Shown here in pieces: positions 53,875 to 64,000 of a DNA stretch of 64,000 nucleotides. The notes under the pieces are model-generated. The model did no database searches, was not told the DNA's origin, and saw only the letters and a program-made list of their open reading frames with translations. Position 1 is the first letter of the stretch. Each line of letters starts with the position of its first letter. The position numbers were made by a program, and so were the translations under genes. Origin of the DNA: an uncultured Actinomycetes bacterium (GTDB lineage Bacteria; Actinomycetota; Actinomycetes; Nanopelagicales; Nanopelagicaceae); the NCBI GenBank assembly GCA_964406345.1, contig CAYORK010000001.1, forward strand, positions 88,183-152,182, given 5' to 3'.

Positions 53875-54384
53875 GTGCGGTTGGCGGAAAGGCTTGCGAG
53901 ATCGCGTAGAACGATCCTGCTCCTTTCACTCTCTATCTTCGGTCTCGATCAAGCATCGAAGTGGTGGGCGGTTGCATATCTAGATGGGCAACCTCCAGTC
54001 GCCGTCATCGGCGATCTCCTTCGCTTCAATCACACAACTAACAGCGGCGCCGCCTTCAACATCGGATCCGACTTCACCATCTTCCTTACCGTCTTCGCCT
54101 TGATCGTCACGACCGGTCTGATCATCTTCTCTCGAAAGGTCGCAGAACCGCGTTGGGCGATTGGATTCGGCGTACTCCTTGGTGGCGTACTCGGCAACCT
54201 GACCGATCGGATCTTCCGAGAGCCACAGTTCCTTCACGGCCATGTCGTGGACTTCATCCAACTTCCGAACTGGCCGATCTTCAATATCGCAGATATCGCG
54301 ATCACTTGCTCCGGATTCTGGATCGCCTATCTCTTGGTCCGTGACATCCAACCATTCGCCACATTTGGAGAGCGTGATGAGTGA
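53875..54384 (+). CDS. lspA: Lipoprotein signal peptidase II
   Basis: 169 aa from GTG 53875. NSGAAFN and FNIADIAI motifs, 4 TM helices. Confidence 0.85.
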   Translation: MRLAERLARSRRTILLLSLSIFGLDQASKWWAVAYLDGQPPVAVIGDLLRFNHTTNSGAAFNIGSDFTIFLTVFALIVTTGLIIFSRKVAEPRWAIGFGVLLGGVLGNLTDRIFREPQFLHGHVVDFIQLPNWPIFNIADIAITCSGFWIAYLLVRDIQPFATFGERDE

Positions 54385-55321
54385 TCGAAGCAGTGAGGTC
54401 TCACACGAGCTCTCTTTCACTGCGGAGTCCGAGGGCATGCGATACGACCAAGTCATCGCTCGCGAGCTAGGCCTCTCTCGAAGCGCTCTTGAGCCACTCT
54501 TCGAAGCCGGTGCAATAACGCACCGCAACTCTGGGCGAACGATCAAGAAGTCTGACCGGGTCAGCGCGGGCGACACCATCGTTGTGCACTTCCCTCCGAC
54601 GCAGGTCAGTGAAGAAGAGCACGTCCTGATTCCACTTCTTTTCCAGGATTCCGACATTGTCGTGATCGATAAGCCAGTAGGTGTAGCAGCGCATCCAAGT
54701 CCAGGTTGGAGTGGACCCACGGTCACAGGCTCCCTTCGCGCCATGGGTATCCAGCTCGCCTCTCTCGGCCCCGATGAACGCGAGGGGATCGTCCACCGCC
54801 TTGATGTGGGAACTAGCGGCGTCATGGTCGTAGCGAAGTCGTCGGAGGCTCATCGATCGCTCAAGGCTCAATTCAAGGAGCGAGAGGTAAAGAAGATCTA
54901 TCACGCGTTGGCACAAGGGCATCTCGATCCTGCGGTTGGCACCATCGATGCGCCTATCGATCGGCACCCGAAGGAAGATCATCGATTCGCAGTGGTCGCC
55001 TCAGGGAAGGCGAGCATCACCCACTACGAAGCCATGGAGTATTTCCCGGCGGTGACACTTGCGCGAATCGAGCTCGAGACAGGTAGGACGCATCAGATCC
55101 GTGTCCACTTCTCCGCGGTCAAGCACCCACTTGTTGGCGACCTCACCTATGGCGCAGATCCGAGACTCTCCGAGAGACTCTCGATGCGCCGACCTTGGCT
55201 CCACGCGATGGAACTCGAGTTGACCCACCCTCGAACGGGGGAGCGCCTCCACTTCACAGCGCCCTACCCGAAGGACCTCGAGGAAAGCCTCGCGTCCTTG
55301 CGAAGCAGTATCGGTGGGTGA
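54377..55321 (+). CDS. rluD: RluA-family 23S rRNA pseudouridine synthase
   Basis: 314 aa from ATG 54377. S4-like N-terminus, catalytic HRLDVGTSGVMV, THQIRVH motif. Confidence 0.85.
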   Translation: MSDRSSEVSHELSFTAESEGMRYDQVIARELGLSRSALEPLFEAGAITHRNSGRTIKKSDRVSAGDTIVVHFPPTQVSEEEHVLIPLLFQDSDIVVIDKPVGVAAHPSPGWSGPTVTGSLRAMGIQLASLGPDEREGIVHRLDVGTSGVMVVAKSSEAHRSLKAQFKEREVKKIYHALAQGHLDPAVGTIDAPIDRHPKEDHRFAVVASGKASITHYEAMEYFPAVTLARIELETGRTHQIRVHFSAVKHPLVGDLTYGADPRLSERLSMRRPWLHAMELELTHPRTGERLHFTAPYPKDLEESLASLRSSIGG

Positions 55322-55417
55322 AGATACGCTCACGATGGAACCTCGCTTAGGTCACATCTGCGGGTCTCTCCAATCTTGAGTTGATCTGACCTGTTGTGAA
55401 CTGAAGTGGGATGAAAG

Positions 55418-58400
55418 TTGAGTCAAGAAAGGTCCAAAGACGTGCGACGCGATGAGAACTTCGTGCACCTTCATGTGCATACGGAGTACTCCATGCTCGA
55501 TGGAGCAGCACGGCTGCAAGACCTAGCAAGTGAAACCTCTCGCCAAGGAATGCCCGCGCTCGCGATGACGGATCATGGAAATCTCTTCGGAGCGTATGAC
55601 TTCTACAAGACGATGAACGCCAAAGGCGTCAAGCCGATCATCGGTCTGGAGGCGTATGTAGCCCCAGGCTCACGCTTCGAGAAGAAGCGGGTCAAGTGGG
55701 CCGAAGGCGGCGAGGATGATGTCTCAGCTGGTGGCGCCTACACACACATGACGCTCTTGGCATATGACAACGTCGGTCTTGCAAATCTATTTCGTTTGGC
55801 ATCGCTCTCGTCCCTTGAAGGTTTCTATTACAAGCCGCGCATCGACCGAGATCTCCTTTCGCGATACGCAGAAGGTCTGATTGGCACCACAGGCTGCGCA
55901 GGAGGTGAGATCCAGACCAGGATTCGGATGGGGGCCTATAACGAAGCCCGTTCAGCGGCTGCAGAATTCGCTGAGATCTTTGGCGCAGGGAACTTCTACG
56001 TCGAGTTGATGGACCACGACATCGACATTGAGAGGCGCTCGCGCGATGACCTATTACGCCTCGCAAAGGAGTTAGGACTGCCGCTACTGGCAACGAATGA
56101 CCTTCATTACACCTATAACGAGGACTTCTCCGCCCATGCTGCGTTGCTCTGCGTGCAGTCCGGTTCAGTGCTCTCCGATCCGAAGAGGTTCAAGTTCGAC
56201 AACGACCAGTTCTATCTCAAGAGTGCAGCAGAGATGCGCCACCTCTTCAAGGACCTGCCTGAGGCGTGCGACAACACACTCTTGATCGCTGAACGTTGCG
56301 ACGTGAAGTTACGTGAAGGTGAGAACCTGCTACCACGTTTCCCGGTCCCTTCGGGCGAGAGTGAAGATTCATGGTTGCGTTCGCTTGCCAATCAAGGACT
56401 ACGTGAAAGAGTCACTGGTGCGATCCCACGCGAGTACCAAGAGCGACTCGATTACGAACTCGATGTGATGTGCAAGATGGGTTTCCCTGGCTACTTCCTC
56501 GTGGTGGCTGACTTGGTCAGATATGCAAAGCAGAACGGAATCTGGGTAGGGCCGGGACGAGGTTCCGCTGCCGGATCCTTGGTTTCCTATGCGTTGGGCA
56601 TCACTGCTCTCGACCCGATCAAGTACGGCTTACTCTTCGAACGATTCCTCAATCCGGAACGCATATCGATGCCTGATATCGACTTGGACTTCGATGAGCG
56701 TCGTCGCGCAGAGATGATCCGTTATGCGACCGATAAGTATGGTGAGGATCGAGTCGCTCAGATCATCACCTACGGCACCATCAAATCCAAACAAGCGATC
56801 AAGGATGCGACCAGAGTCCTCGGTCTGCCTTTTGCTATCGGTGATCGATTGACCAAGGCGCTTCCACCTTCTGTCATGGGTAAGGACATATCACTCAGCG
56901 GAGTCTTCGATACCGAGGATGACCGTTTCTCCGAAGCGGGTGAGTTCCGAAAGCTCTATGAGAGCGATCCAGAGGCGAAACAAGTGGTTGATACCGCGCG
57001 AGGTCTTGAAGGTCTCAAGCGCCAATGGGGTGTCCATGCCGCTGGCGTCATCCTTAGTCGTGACCCATTGATCGATGTCATTCCGATCCACCGCCGTGAG
57101 GCGGACGGCGCGATCATCACGCAATTCGATATGGGCGCTTGTGAAGCGACTGGCCTACTGAAGATGGATTTCCTCGGGCTTCGAAATCTCTCGGTGATCG
57201 ATGATTGCCTTATCAACATCAAACGGAACAGAGGAGAAGAGGTGACGCTCTCTACCTCGAATCTCGATGATGCCAAGACCTTCGAACTCTTGGCACGCGG
57301 CGAAACCCTGGGTGTGTTCCAGCTCGATGGTGCTCCCATGCGGGCACTCCTTCGTTCGATGGCACCAGACTCCTTCGAAGACATTTCGGCTGTGATCGCG
57401 CTCTATCGACCAGGACCGATGGGGGTCAACGCGCACAACGATTACGCTGACCGAAAGAATCGCCGCAAGAAGGTCGAGCCGATCCATCCGGAGTTGGCGG
57501 AGCCCTTGGCGGAGATCCTCGGCGATACCTACGGTTTGATCGTCTATCAGGAACAAGTCATGGCGATCGCACAGAAGGTCGCAGGCTTCTCGTTGGGACG
57601 CGCGGATCTCCTCCGCAAGGCGATGGGCAAGAAGAACAAGGACATCCTCGACAAGGAGTACGTCCACTTTGAGAGTGGAATGCGTGCCAATGGATTCACC
57701 AATGATGCGATCGAGGAGCTTTGGAAGACGCTCATCCCGTTCTCGGATTATGCCTTCAACCGAGCTCATAGCGCGGGATACGGAGTCGTCTCGTACTGGA
57801 CCGCATACCTGAAGGCGAACTATCCGACTGAATATATGGCCGCGCTCCTGACCAGCGTCCGTGACGACAAGGACAAGAGCGCTCTCTATCTCAATGAATG
57901 TCGCAGGATGGGTATCAAGGTACTCCCACCCGATGTCAATTCATCAGATGCTGATTACTCGCCAGGTGGTAGCGATATCCGCTTTGGCCTAGCGGCGATT
58001 CGAAACATCGGCGAGAACGTCGTTGCCTCCATCAAGAGGGCACGTGAAGAGAAGGGTCCGTTCCAGTCCTTTGCAGACTTCTTGGCCAAGGTGGATATCC
58101 AGGTCTGTAACAAGAAGACGATCGAGTCTTTGATCAAGGGCGGAGCGTTCGACTCTCTCGGTGCTACTCGAAAGGGATTGATGGCAATCCACCTCGAAGC
58201 GCTCGACGCGATCGTGGAATCGAAGCGAGCCGAGTCGCTTGGTCAGTATGACCTCTTTGGCGATGCAGGAAGCAGTCTTCAATCGGTCGGTGGCGGCGAG
58301 ATGTCCATTCCGACAGAGGAGTGGGAGAAGTCGATCCTGCTTTCCTACGAGCGTGAGATGTTGGGGCTCTATGTATCCGATCACCCGCTTCTTGGAGTGG

Positions 58401-58954
58401 AGTCTCGTCTTCGAGGACTGACTGACATGCCGATCAGTCAGTTGAGTGATGAAAGCGTCGCGCATGAACAGATCGTGACCATCGCAGGTTTGATCACTTC
58501 GGTCTCACGTAAGGTCTCGCGCCAGGGCAATGCCTGGGCGATCGTCGGTATAGAGGACCTCGAAGGCGCTGTCGATGCCCTCTTCTTCGCCAACACCTAT
58601 ACCCAATATGCCGAGAGCTTGGCTGAGGATCGGATCGTCGTGGTGCGCGGTCGTGTCGATAAGAGGGAAGAGAACATCCGGTTCATGGCGCTTGAGGTGA
58701 ACTTCCCAGATATCAATCAACGCCCAAGCGGTCCGGTCTTGATTCGAGTCGAGGCCAATCGCTGCACTCCACCGCTCGTGGATCGGATGAAAGAGATCCT
58801 CAGGGCTCATCCTGGATCGCGCGAGGTCCATCTTCAATTGATTGGCAGGTCCGTCACGACTTTGAAGATCGACGATGCGCTCAAGGTCAGCGCAACTCCG
58901 AGCCTTGGTGCCGATCTCAAAGCCTTATTGGGACCCGACTGCATTCGCTTCTAA
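55418..58954 (+). CDS. dnaE: Replicative DNA polymerase III alpha subunit
   Basis: 1178 aa. Intact PHP motif FVHLHVHTEYSMLDG and AMTDHGNLFG; palm motif MPDIDLDFDE. Confidence 0.95.
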   Translation: MSQERSKDVRRDENFVHLHVHTEYSMLDGAARLQDLASETSRQGMPALAMTDHGNLFGAYDFYKTMNAKGVKPIIGLEAYVAPGSRFEKKRVKWAEGGEDDVSAGGAYTHMTLLAYDNVGLANLFRLASLSSLEGFYYKPRIDRDLLSRYAEGLIGTTGCAGGEIQTRIRMGAYNEARSAAAEFAEIFGAGNFYVELMDHDIDIERRSRDDLLRLAKELGLPLLATNDLHYTYNEDFSAHAALLCVQSGSVLSDPKRFKFDNDQFYLKSAAEMRHLFKDLPEACDNTLLIAERCDVKLREGENLLPRFPVPSGESEDSWLRSLANQGLRERVTGAIPREYQERLDYELDVMCKMGFPGYFLVVADLVRYAKQNGIWVGPGRGSAAGSLVSYALGITALDPIKYGLLFERFLNPERISMPDIDLDFDERRRAEMIRYATDKYGEDRVAQIITYGTIKSKQAIKDATRVLGLPFAIGDRLTKALPPSVMGKDISLSGVFDTEDDRFSEAGEFRKLYESDPEAKQVVDTARGLEGLKRQWGVHAAGVILSRDPLIDVIPIHRREADGAIITQFDMGACEATGLLKMDFLGLRNLSVIDDCLINIKRNRGEEVTLSTSNLDDAKTFELLARGETLGVFQLDGAPMRALLRSMAPDSFEDISAVIALYRPGPMGVNAHNDYADRKNRRKKVEPIHPELAEPLAEILGDTYGLIVYQEQVMAIAQKVAGFSLGRADLLRKAMGKKNKDILDKEYVHFESGMRANGFTNDAIEELWKTLIPFSDYAFNRAHSAGYGVVSYWTAYLKANYPTEYMAALLTSVRDDKDKSALYLNECRRMGIKVLPPDVNSSDADYSPGGSDIRFGLAAIRNIGENVVASIKRAREEKGPFQSFADFLAKVDIQVCNKKTIESLIKGGAFDSLGATRKGLMAIHLEALDAIVESKRAESLGQYDLFGDAGSSLQSVGGGEMSIPTEEWEKSILLSYEREMLGLYVSDHPLLGVESRLRGLTDMPISQLSDESVAHEQIVTIAGLITSVSRKVSRQGNAWAIVGIEDLEGAVDALFFANTYTQYAESLAEDRIVVVRGRVDKREENIRFMALEVNFPDINQRPSGPVLIRVEANRCTPPLVDRMKEILRAHPGSREVHLQLIGRSVTTLKIDDALKVSATPSLGADLKALLGPDCIRF

Positions 58955-58968
58955 ATTAGACTTCAGAG

Positions 58969-60294
58969 GTGATTCGGCGCCTCGATCTACGTGGGAAGTG
59001 CGAGAACCTCGATAAGAGTTCACTGCAACTCCTCGTTCCTCGCGCTGCGCTGTCGATCGATGCGGTGATGCCTGACGTCCTTGAGATCATCGACAAAGTC
59101 ATCAAGGGTGACGAGGGATCGATACTTGCGATTGGCGCTTCATTCGACGGCATCGCCCCAAAAGAAGTAAGAGTCCCCGAAGAGGTGATCGATCGATCTC
59201 TGCTTGAGTTGGATCCGAATGTAAAGGAAGCGCTGCTGCGTTCCATAGATCGCATCAAGAAAGTTCACCTGTCCCAACGCCGTGAAGACGAGACTATCAA
59301 CGTGAGCGATGGCGCGACTGTCACCGAGCGATGGATTCCAGTCGATCGGGTCGCTCTCTATGTACCGGGCGGACGTGCTGTTTACCCGAGTTCCGTGATG
59401 ATGAATGTCATCCCAGCCCAAATTGCAAAGGTGCCCAGCATTGCCATCCTCTCGCCAGCCCAAGTCGAAAATGACGGTTGGCCACATCCGACAATCCTTG
59501 CCACTGCCGCACTTTTGGGAGTCAGAGAGGTGTATTCCTTGGGCGGTGCGGTTGCGATCGCTGCTGCGGCCTACGGTGTACGCGATCTCCGGGGAGAGTG
59601 GGCGATGGCGCCAGCGGATATGGTGACTGGACCGGGGAACATCTATGTAGCGGCCGCGAAGCGCGCGCTTCGAGGCAGGATCGGCATCGATTCCGAGGCA
59701 GGTCCGACCGAGATCGCCATCGTCGCGGACGAGAGTGCGCAAGCGCGAATCGTTGCGGCGGATCTCATCAGTCAGGCTGAACATGACACCATCGCAGCCG
59801 CGGTCTTGATCACGGACTCTGAGAAGTTGGCAGCAGAAGTCGAGGAAGAGTTGGTGCATCGCGTTGGATCGACTCGACATGGTGATCGAATCAGAGAAGC
59901 ACTCGGTGGCACGCAATCGGCGATAGTGCTGGTCGACTCGATTGCCGATGCGATCAAGGTCGCCAATCTCTACGCAGCGGAACATCTTGAGATACAGACC
60001 AGAGATGATGAGAGGTGGGCAAGTCAGATTCGAAATGCTGGCGCCGTGTTCTTGGGTCGATTCACGCCAGTCTCACTAGGGGATTATTCGGCTGGGTCGA
60101 ATCACGTCCTGCCTACTGGTGGCTGTGCCTGCCATTCGAGCGGTCTCTCGGTACAGAGTTTCCTCCGCGGGCTCCATTTCATCCAATACGACAGGAGCGC
60201 ACTTTCGGAGGTGGCTTCTACTGTCATCACACTCGCTGAGGCGGAGAACCTGCCTGCCCATGGTGAAGCGATCACGGTGAGATTCGATGACTGA
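58969..60294 (+). CDS. hisD: Histidinol dehydrogenase
   Basis: 441 aa. MIRRLDLRG N-terminus, GPGNIYVAAAKR and SQAEHD blocks. Confidence 0.9.
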   Translation: MIRRLDLRGKCENLDKSSLQLLVPRAALSIDAVMPDVLEIIDKVIKGDEGSILAIGASFDGIAPKEVRVPEEVIDRSLLELDPNVKEALLRSIDRIKKVHLSQRREDETINVSDGATVTERWIPVDRVALYVPGGRAVYPSSVMMNVIPAQIAKVPSIAILSPAQVENDGWPHPTILATAALLGVREVYSLGGAVAIAAAAYGVRDLRGEWAMAPADMVTGPGNIYVAAAKRALRGRIGIDSEAGPTEIAIVADESAQARIVAADLISQAEHDTIAAAVLITDSEKLAAEVEEELVHRVGSTRHGDRIREALGGTQSAIVLVDSIADAIKVANLYAAEHLEIQTRDDERWASQIRNAGAVFLGRFTPVSLGDYSAGSNHVLPTGGCACHSSGLSVQSFLRGLHFIQYDRSALSEVASTVITLAEAENLPAHGEAITVRFDD

Positions 60295-61423
60295 GAAGTG
60301 GCCGGATTGGTTGCCCTTGCGTGAGAGCCTTCGCGAGAGGACTCCATATGGAGCCCCGCAGGTCGAAGCGAGCGCTCGTCTCAACACCAATGAGAATCCT
60401 TATCCGCTGCCGCAGCAAGTCGCCGACGCGATTGCATCTGCGATCTCGAAAACCCTCTCGGGCCTGAACCGATACCCAGATCGCGATGCGATCGAACTGC
60501 GCAGGTCTCTCGCTAGCTATGTCAACGACCACCTGATCTCTGAGGCGTCAAAGGGAAAGCCGCGTTTTGATGAGAAGAACATCTGGCCCGCAAATGGAAG
60601 TAATGAGGTTCTGCAATCGATCCTCTTGGCTTTCGGAGAGAGCGTCGCTGGATTCGCACCCTCTTATTCCATGCATCCCATACTGACCGAAGCGGCTGGC
60701 AAGAGTTTCAAAGCAGTGCCTCTGAAAGCTGATTTCACCCCAGATATCGAAGTACTCAGAGGCTTCCTCACCGCTAAGAAACCGAGCATCTTCTTCGTCA
60801 CCACACCGAACAACCCGACCGGGCGATCCATCTCACTGGAGCAAATCAGATTGATTGCTGACCTTGTCGCATCGCATGGAGGATTGTTGATTGTCGATGA
60901 AGCGTATGGGGAGTTCTCCGACCAAGAGAGTGCAGTCATGTTGATCGACGAGATGCCATCAGTGGTGGTCGTTCGCACCATGAGTAAGGCTTTCGCCTTT
61001 GCCGGAGCACGCCTCGGCTATGCCATCGCACGGAGCGAAGTGATCGATGCTCTGCAGCTTGTTCGCCTGCCGTATCACTTGAGTGCTCTGACACAGAGCG
61101 CAGCCTTAGCGGCCATCGGAGAGAGCCAGTTACTCCTAGCTGAAGTGGCGGAGATCAAACGAAATCGTGGTCAACTCGCCGATGCATTAGAGGAGATGGG
61201 ATTCACCGTGACGCCCAGTGATGCGAATTTCATACTCTTCGGTGGATTCGATTCTTTGGACGAGATCAGAGGTTGGAGTAGCGAGAGACTGTGGCAGGCG
61301 CTCTTGGGGCATGGCGTACTCGTCCGTGACGTCGGAATCCCTGGCACCTTACGAGTGACTGTTGGGACGAACGAAGAGAATTCGACCTTCCTCAATTCCC
61401 TTCGTCTTGTTATCGGCGCGTAG
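60287..61423 (+). CDS. hisC: Histidinol-phosphate aminotransferase
   Basis: 378 aa. LNTNENPYP, DEAYGEF and RTMSKAFAFAGARLGY (PLP lysine). Confidence 0.9.
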   Translation: MTEKWPDWLPLRESLRERTPYGAPQVEASARLNTNENPYPLPQQVADAIASAISKTLSGLNRYPDRDAIELRRSLASYVNDHLISEASKGKPRFDEKNIWPANGSNEVLQSILLAFGESVAGFAPSYSMHPILTEAAGKSFKAVPLKADFTPDIEVLRGFLTAKKPSIFFVTTPNNPTGRSISLEQIRLIADLVASHGGLLIVDEAYGEFSDQESAVMLIDEMPSVVVVRTMSKAFAFAGARLGYAIARSEVIDALQLVRLPYHLSALTQSAALAAIGESQLLLAEVAEIKRNRGQLADALEEMGFTVTPSDANFILFGGFDSLDEIRGWSSERLWQALLGHGVLVRDVGIPGTLRVTVGTNEENSTFLNSLRLVIGA

Positions 61424-61475
61424 TAACCTTCGGCGAAGTGGTCCTTTGATCCAAAGCATTGAACCGTGATGCGGG

Positions 61476-61534
61476 GGAACGGATTCAGCGGAATTGACAC
61501 AGGGGAATCGACGCAGGGAATCGACGCAGGGAAA
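61476..61534 (+). repeat. Phased 13-14-nt GGAA-initiated repeats (two perfect GGAATCGACGCAG copies plus degenerate flanking copies) ahead of hisB
   Basis: GGAA starts at 61476, 61490, 61504, 61517 and 61530. The perfect copies are 61504-61516 and 61517-61529. The last copy merges into the hisB SD. Confidence 0.8.
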
Positions 61535-61542
61535 GAGGAGCG

Positions 61543-62127
61543 ATGAGAACTTCTAAAGTGGAGAGAAGTACCAAGGAATCCTCAGTTTCGATCTCACTCA
61601 ATCTTGATGGAAGCGGCGCGATAGACGTCTCTACAGGCGTCCCGTTCTATGACCATATGCTCTCTCAATTAGGCAAACATGCCGGATTCGATCTATCGGT
61701 CAAGACCGAGGGTGATGTCGATGTCGATTCACACCATACGGTCGAAGACACCTCACTCGCCTTCGGAGAAGCTCTTCGTACGGCTCTAGGAGATAAGAGC
61801 GGAATCCGAAGATTCGGAGACGCTCTGGTCCCGCTTGATGAGGTCCTGGTTCAGGCAGCCGTCGACCTCTCAGGTCGTCCTTATCTCGTACACCGACAAC
61901 CCGAGATCGTTGAATTGATTGGTACCTTCGACACCACTTTGGGTAAGCACATCTGGGAGTCGATTGTCGCTGAGGCGCGCATCGCACTTCACATTCGAGT
62001 CCTAGAAGGGCGAAACGCACACCATGTCTTTGAAGCTCAATTCAAAGCAGTGGCACGCGCACTTCGTGATGCGGTCGCACTCGATGGTCGCGTGAGCGGA
62101 ATTCCTTCGACCAAGGGTTCTCTCTAG
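61543..62127 (+). CDS. hisB: Imidazoleglycerol-phosphate dehydratase
   Basis: 194 aa. DSHHTVEDT and NAHHVFEAQFKA motifs. Confidence 0.9.
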   Translation: MRTSKVERSTKESSVSISLNLDGSGAIDVSTGVPFYDHMLSQLGKHAGFDLSVKTEGDVDVDSHHTVEDTSLAFGEALRTALGDKSGIRRFGDALVPLDEVLVQAAVDLSGRPYLVHRQPEIVELIGTFDTTLGKHIWESIVAEARIALHIRVLEGRNAHHVFEAQFKAVARALRDAVALDGRVSGIPSTKGSL

Positions 62128-62129
62128 GC

Positions 62130-62759
62130 GTGAGCGCCCGCCCGAAGATTGCATTGCTCGATTACGGGACAGGGAACATTCGCTCGGCAGAGCGAGCACT
62201 CTCGAAATCTGGTGGCGATGTCACGATCACGAGTGACTTCCATGTCGCGTTCGAAGCGGATGGTCTGGTCGTCCCTGGTGTTGGTGCCTTCGGACAGTGC
62301 ATGAGTGGTCTGCGGGCGATACGTGGTGATGAGGTGATTACGGAACGGCTTAGGCAGGAACGCCCAACTCTGGGAGTTTGTGTTGGGCTACAAGTGCTCT
62401 TTGCATCCAGCAGTGAGAGCGAGGGTGTCACTGGCGTCTCTGTCTTCGACGAGAGAGTCGAGAGATTGCCAGCTGCGATCCTGCCCCACATGGGTTGGAA
62501 CCTTGTCGATCCGCCTTCGGGATCACTTCTCTTCGATGGCGTTGAGAGAGAACGCTTCTATTTCGTTCACTCATATGCGAGAGTGCAACAAGGTGCTGAG
62601 GCGGAGTCACCGATTTACTCGCCTTCGTGGAGCAAGCATGGCGCACGGTTCCTTGCCGCTTTGGAATTCGGATCCTTGGCTGCTACGCAGTTCCATCCGG
62701 AGAAGAGTGGAGATGCTGGCCTCCATCTCTTGGAGAATTGGATCACGAGCCTCTCATGA
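62130..62759 (+). CDS. hisH: Imidazole glycerol phosphate synthase, glutamine amidotransferase subunit
   Basis: 209 aa. LLDYGTGN, GVCVGLQVL (nucleophile Cys) and QFHPEKS. Confidence 0.9.
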   Translation: MSARPKIALLDYGTGNIRSAERALSKSGGDVTITSDFHVAFEADGLVVPGVGAFGQCMSGLRAIRGDEVITERLRQERPTLGVCVGLQVLFASSSESEGVTGVSVFDERVERLPAAILPHMGWNLVDPPSGSLLFDGVERERFYFVHSYARVQQGAEAESPIYSPSWSKHGARFLAALEFGSLAATQFHPEKSGDAGLHLLENWITSLS

Positions 62760-63514
62760 GAGATTTGTCGGAGCAGATGAACGCACACCCACCCCTGACC
62801 ATCATTCCTGCGATTGATATCAAGGCAGGCAAAGCCGTTCGACTCCATCAGGGCAAGGCATCACACGTGACCGATTACGGCGATCCAGTTGAGCGCGCAT
62901 ATGAATTCGAACGCACTGGTGCGCGATGGCTCCATGTCGTCGATCTCGACGCTGCCTTTGGGGATGGAGACAATCGCGGTGTAGTCGAGTCGATAGTCGC
63001 CAACGTCGATATCTCCGTGGAAGTCTCGGGCGGACTTCGAGATTCCGATGCGGTGGCACGAGCGCTCGAGACAGGAGCACATCGTGTGACCCTCGGGACC
63101 GCTGCAGTTGAGGATCCTCTCTGGGCAGCAAAGATGATCGCCGAGTACGGCTCTCGGATCGTCATTGGTCTTGATGTTCGCGATGGGCTAGTTGCGACTC
63201 ACGGTTGGACCAAGAGTGCTGGAGCGATGGTGGATTTGATCCGTCGCTTCGATGCTGTTGGGTGTGGGACGTATATGGTCACCGACATTTCCAAGGACGG
63301 CACTCTCTCTGGGCCGAACCTAGACCTCTTACGAGAGAGTGCGGCTTTGACCTCAGGATCGATCATCGCCTCAGGTGGAGTCTCATCCCTCGATGACATC
63401 GCATCACTACGCGAATTGGTTCCTATCGGAGTCGAAGCAGTGATCATCGGCAAAGCCTTCTACGAGGGGTACTTCACCGTGGCAGAGGCATGTGAAGTGG
63501 CAGAGCGCTCATGA
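62756..63514 (+). CDS. hisA: Phosphoribosyl isomerase HisA (actinobacterial PriA-type likely)
   Basis: 252 aa from ATG 62756 (ATGA overlap with hisH). [15 protein letters not shown] and SGGVSS blocks. The track start at 62627 lies inside hisH. Confidence 0.9.
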   Translation: MRDLSEQMNAHPPLTIIPAIDIKAGKAVRLHQGKASHVTDYGDPVERAYEFERTGARWLHVVDLDAAFGDGDNRGVVESIVANVDISVEVSGGLRDSDAVARALETGAHRVTLGTAAVEDPLWAAKMIAEYGSRIVIGLDVRDGLVATHGWTKSAGAMVDLIRRFDAVGCGTYMVTDISKDGTLSGPNLDLLRESAALTSGSIIASGGVSSLDDIASLRELVPIGVEAVIIGKAFYEGYFTVAEACEVAERS

Positions 63515-64000
63515 TCGAGGCTCCAATAACTGACTCAGATGCTGGTAAAGCAACGAGTGTCGCTATCCGCGTGATTCCGTGCCTCGATGTCAAAGAAGGA
63601 CGTGTCGTCAAAGGAACCCACTTCACCGACCTTCAGGATGCTGGAGATCCGGTAGAACTCGCGGCGCGATACGGCTCGGAGGGTGCTGATGAATTGACGT
63701 TCCTTGACATCTCAGCGAGTGAAGAAGGAAGAGCCACGCTGCTCGAGATGGTCAAGAAGTGTGCAGAGCAGCTCTTCATCCCACTTACCGTTGGGGGAGG
63801 CGTCAGATCGCGGGAAGATGTCGATCGACTCTTGCGCGCCGGAGCAGACAAGGTCTCCATCAATACAGCAGCCATACTCAGACCGGAGTTGATCGATGAG
63901 ATCGCATCTACATTCGGGTCCCAAGTGCTCGTGGTTTCGGTCGATGCCAGACGCGAAAGAAGTCAGCAGAATGGATTTGAGGTTACGACACATGGTGGAA
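63511..64000 (+). CDS. hisF: Imidazole glycerol phosphate synthase cyclase subunit (5' part; runs off the window)
   Basis: Absent from the track because it has no stop. Translation from ATG 63511 gives ...[20 protein letters not shown]...[12 protein letters not shown]...[10 protein letters not shown]. Confidence 0.9.
   Translation, partial: MIEAPITDSDAGKATSVAIRVIPCLDVKEGRVVKGTHFTDLQDAGDPVELAARYGSEGADELTFLDISASEEGRATLLEMVKKCAEQLFIPLTVGGGVRSREDVDRLLRAGADKVSINTAAILRPELIDEIASTFGSQVLVVSVDARRERSQQNGFEVTTHGG

Noticed and set aside
53980-54825. Long antisense ORFs in the six-frame track: 281 aa opposite lspA/rluD, and similar ones at 59140-59985 (opposite hisD), 48317-49006 (opposite yggS), 35829-36491 (opposite ftsI/murE), 57155-57769 (opposite dnaE) and 13688-14158 (opposite metF).
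   Set aside because: Each is fully embedded antisense in a gene with unmistakable family motifs. Their translations are low-complexity and R/S/P-rich with no recognisable domains. Such stop-free antisense frames are expected from codon bias in GC-skewed coding DNA.
1-64000. Screen for mobile elements, CRISPR arrays, rRNA/tRNA genes, toxin-antitoxin pairs or defence-island signatures.
   Set aside because: I saw no transposase or integrase-like ORFs, no spaced direct-repeat arrays, and no long inverted terminal repeats. All spacers longer than 80 nt were read individually and none folds as a tRNA. The window is core chromosome plus a modest variable stretch (about 15-32 kb).

Overview
This is a densely packed (about 95% coding), mid-GC actinobacterial chromosome segment. 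I found no rRNA, tRNA, CRISPR array, IS element or phage genes. The gene order follows the conserved Actinomycetota backbone, recalled from Mycobacterium and Streptomyces. Left part: a PhrB-like photolyase (partial), pfkA, class II DAHP synthase, ogt, ltaE, an EamA transporter, nfo and a PASTA Ser/Thr kinase. Next come a PnuC-family transporter coupled to a P-loop kinase behind a candidate TPP riboswitch, then a C40 carotenoid core set (crtYc, crtYd, crtB, crtI, GGPP synthase) and metF with a CDP-alcohol phosphatidyltransferase. A carotenoid tailoring operon follows (CrtD-like, GT2, CruF-like, CrtA-like, alpha/beta hydrolase), then ybaK, tauE, doxX and a secreted 5'-nucleotidase. After these come a LexA-boxed cassette (small W-rich protein, DnaE2, DinB), a DUF3040 protein and an ABC-2 exporter. 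Right part: the complete dcw cluster (mraZ, rsmH, ftsL, ftsI, murE, murF, mraY, murD, ftsW, murG, murC, ftsQ, ftsZ, pgeF, yggS, sepF, yggT). This is followed by ileS, a histone-H1/DksA fusion, lspA, rluD, dnaE1 and hisDCBHAF (hisF is cut by the window end). The most interesting items are: (1) the SOS-controlled mutasome that lacks ImuA'/ImuB and carries an active DinB; (2) the THI-box-like leader on a PnuC plus uridine-kinase-like pair; (3) a myxol/salinixanthin-type carotenoid tailoring set; (4) the missing divIVA at its canonical position; (5) several structured or repeated spacers in the dcw and his clusters. All homology calls are from motif recognition by eye. No searches were run.
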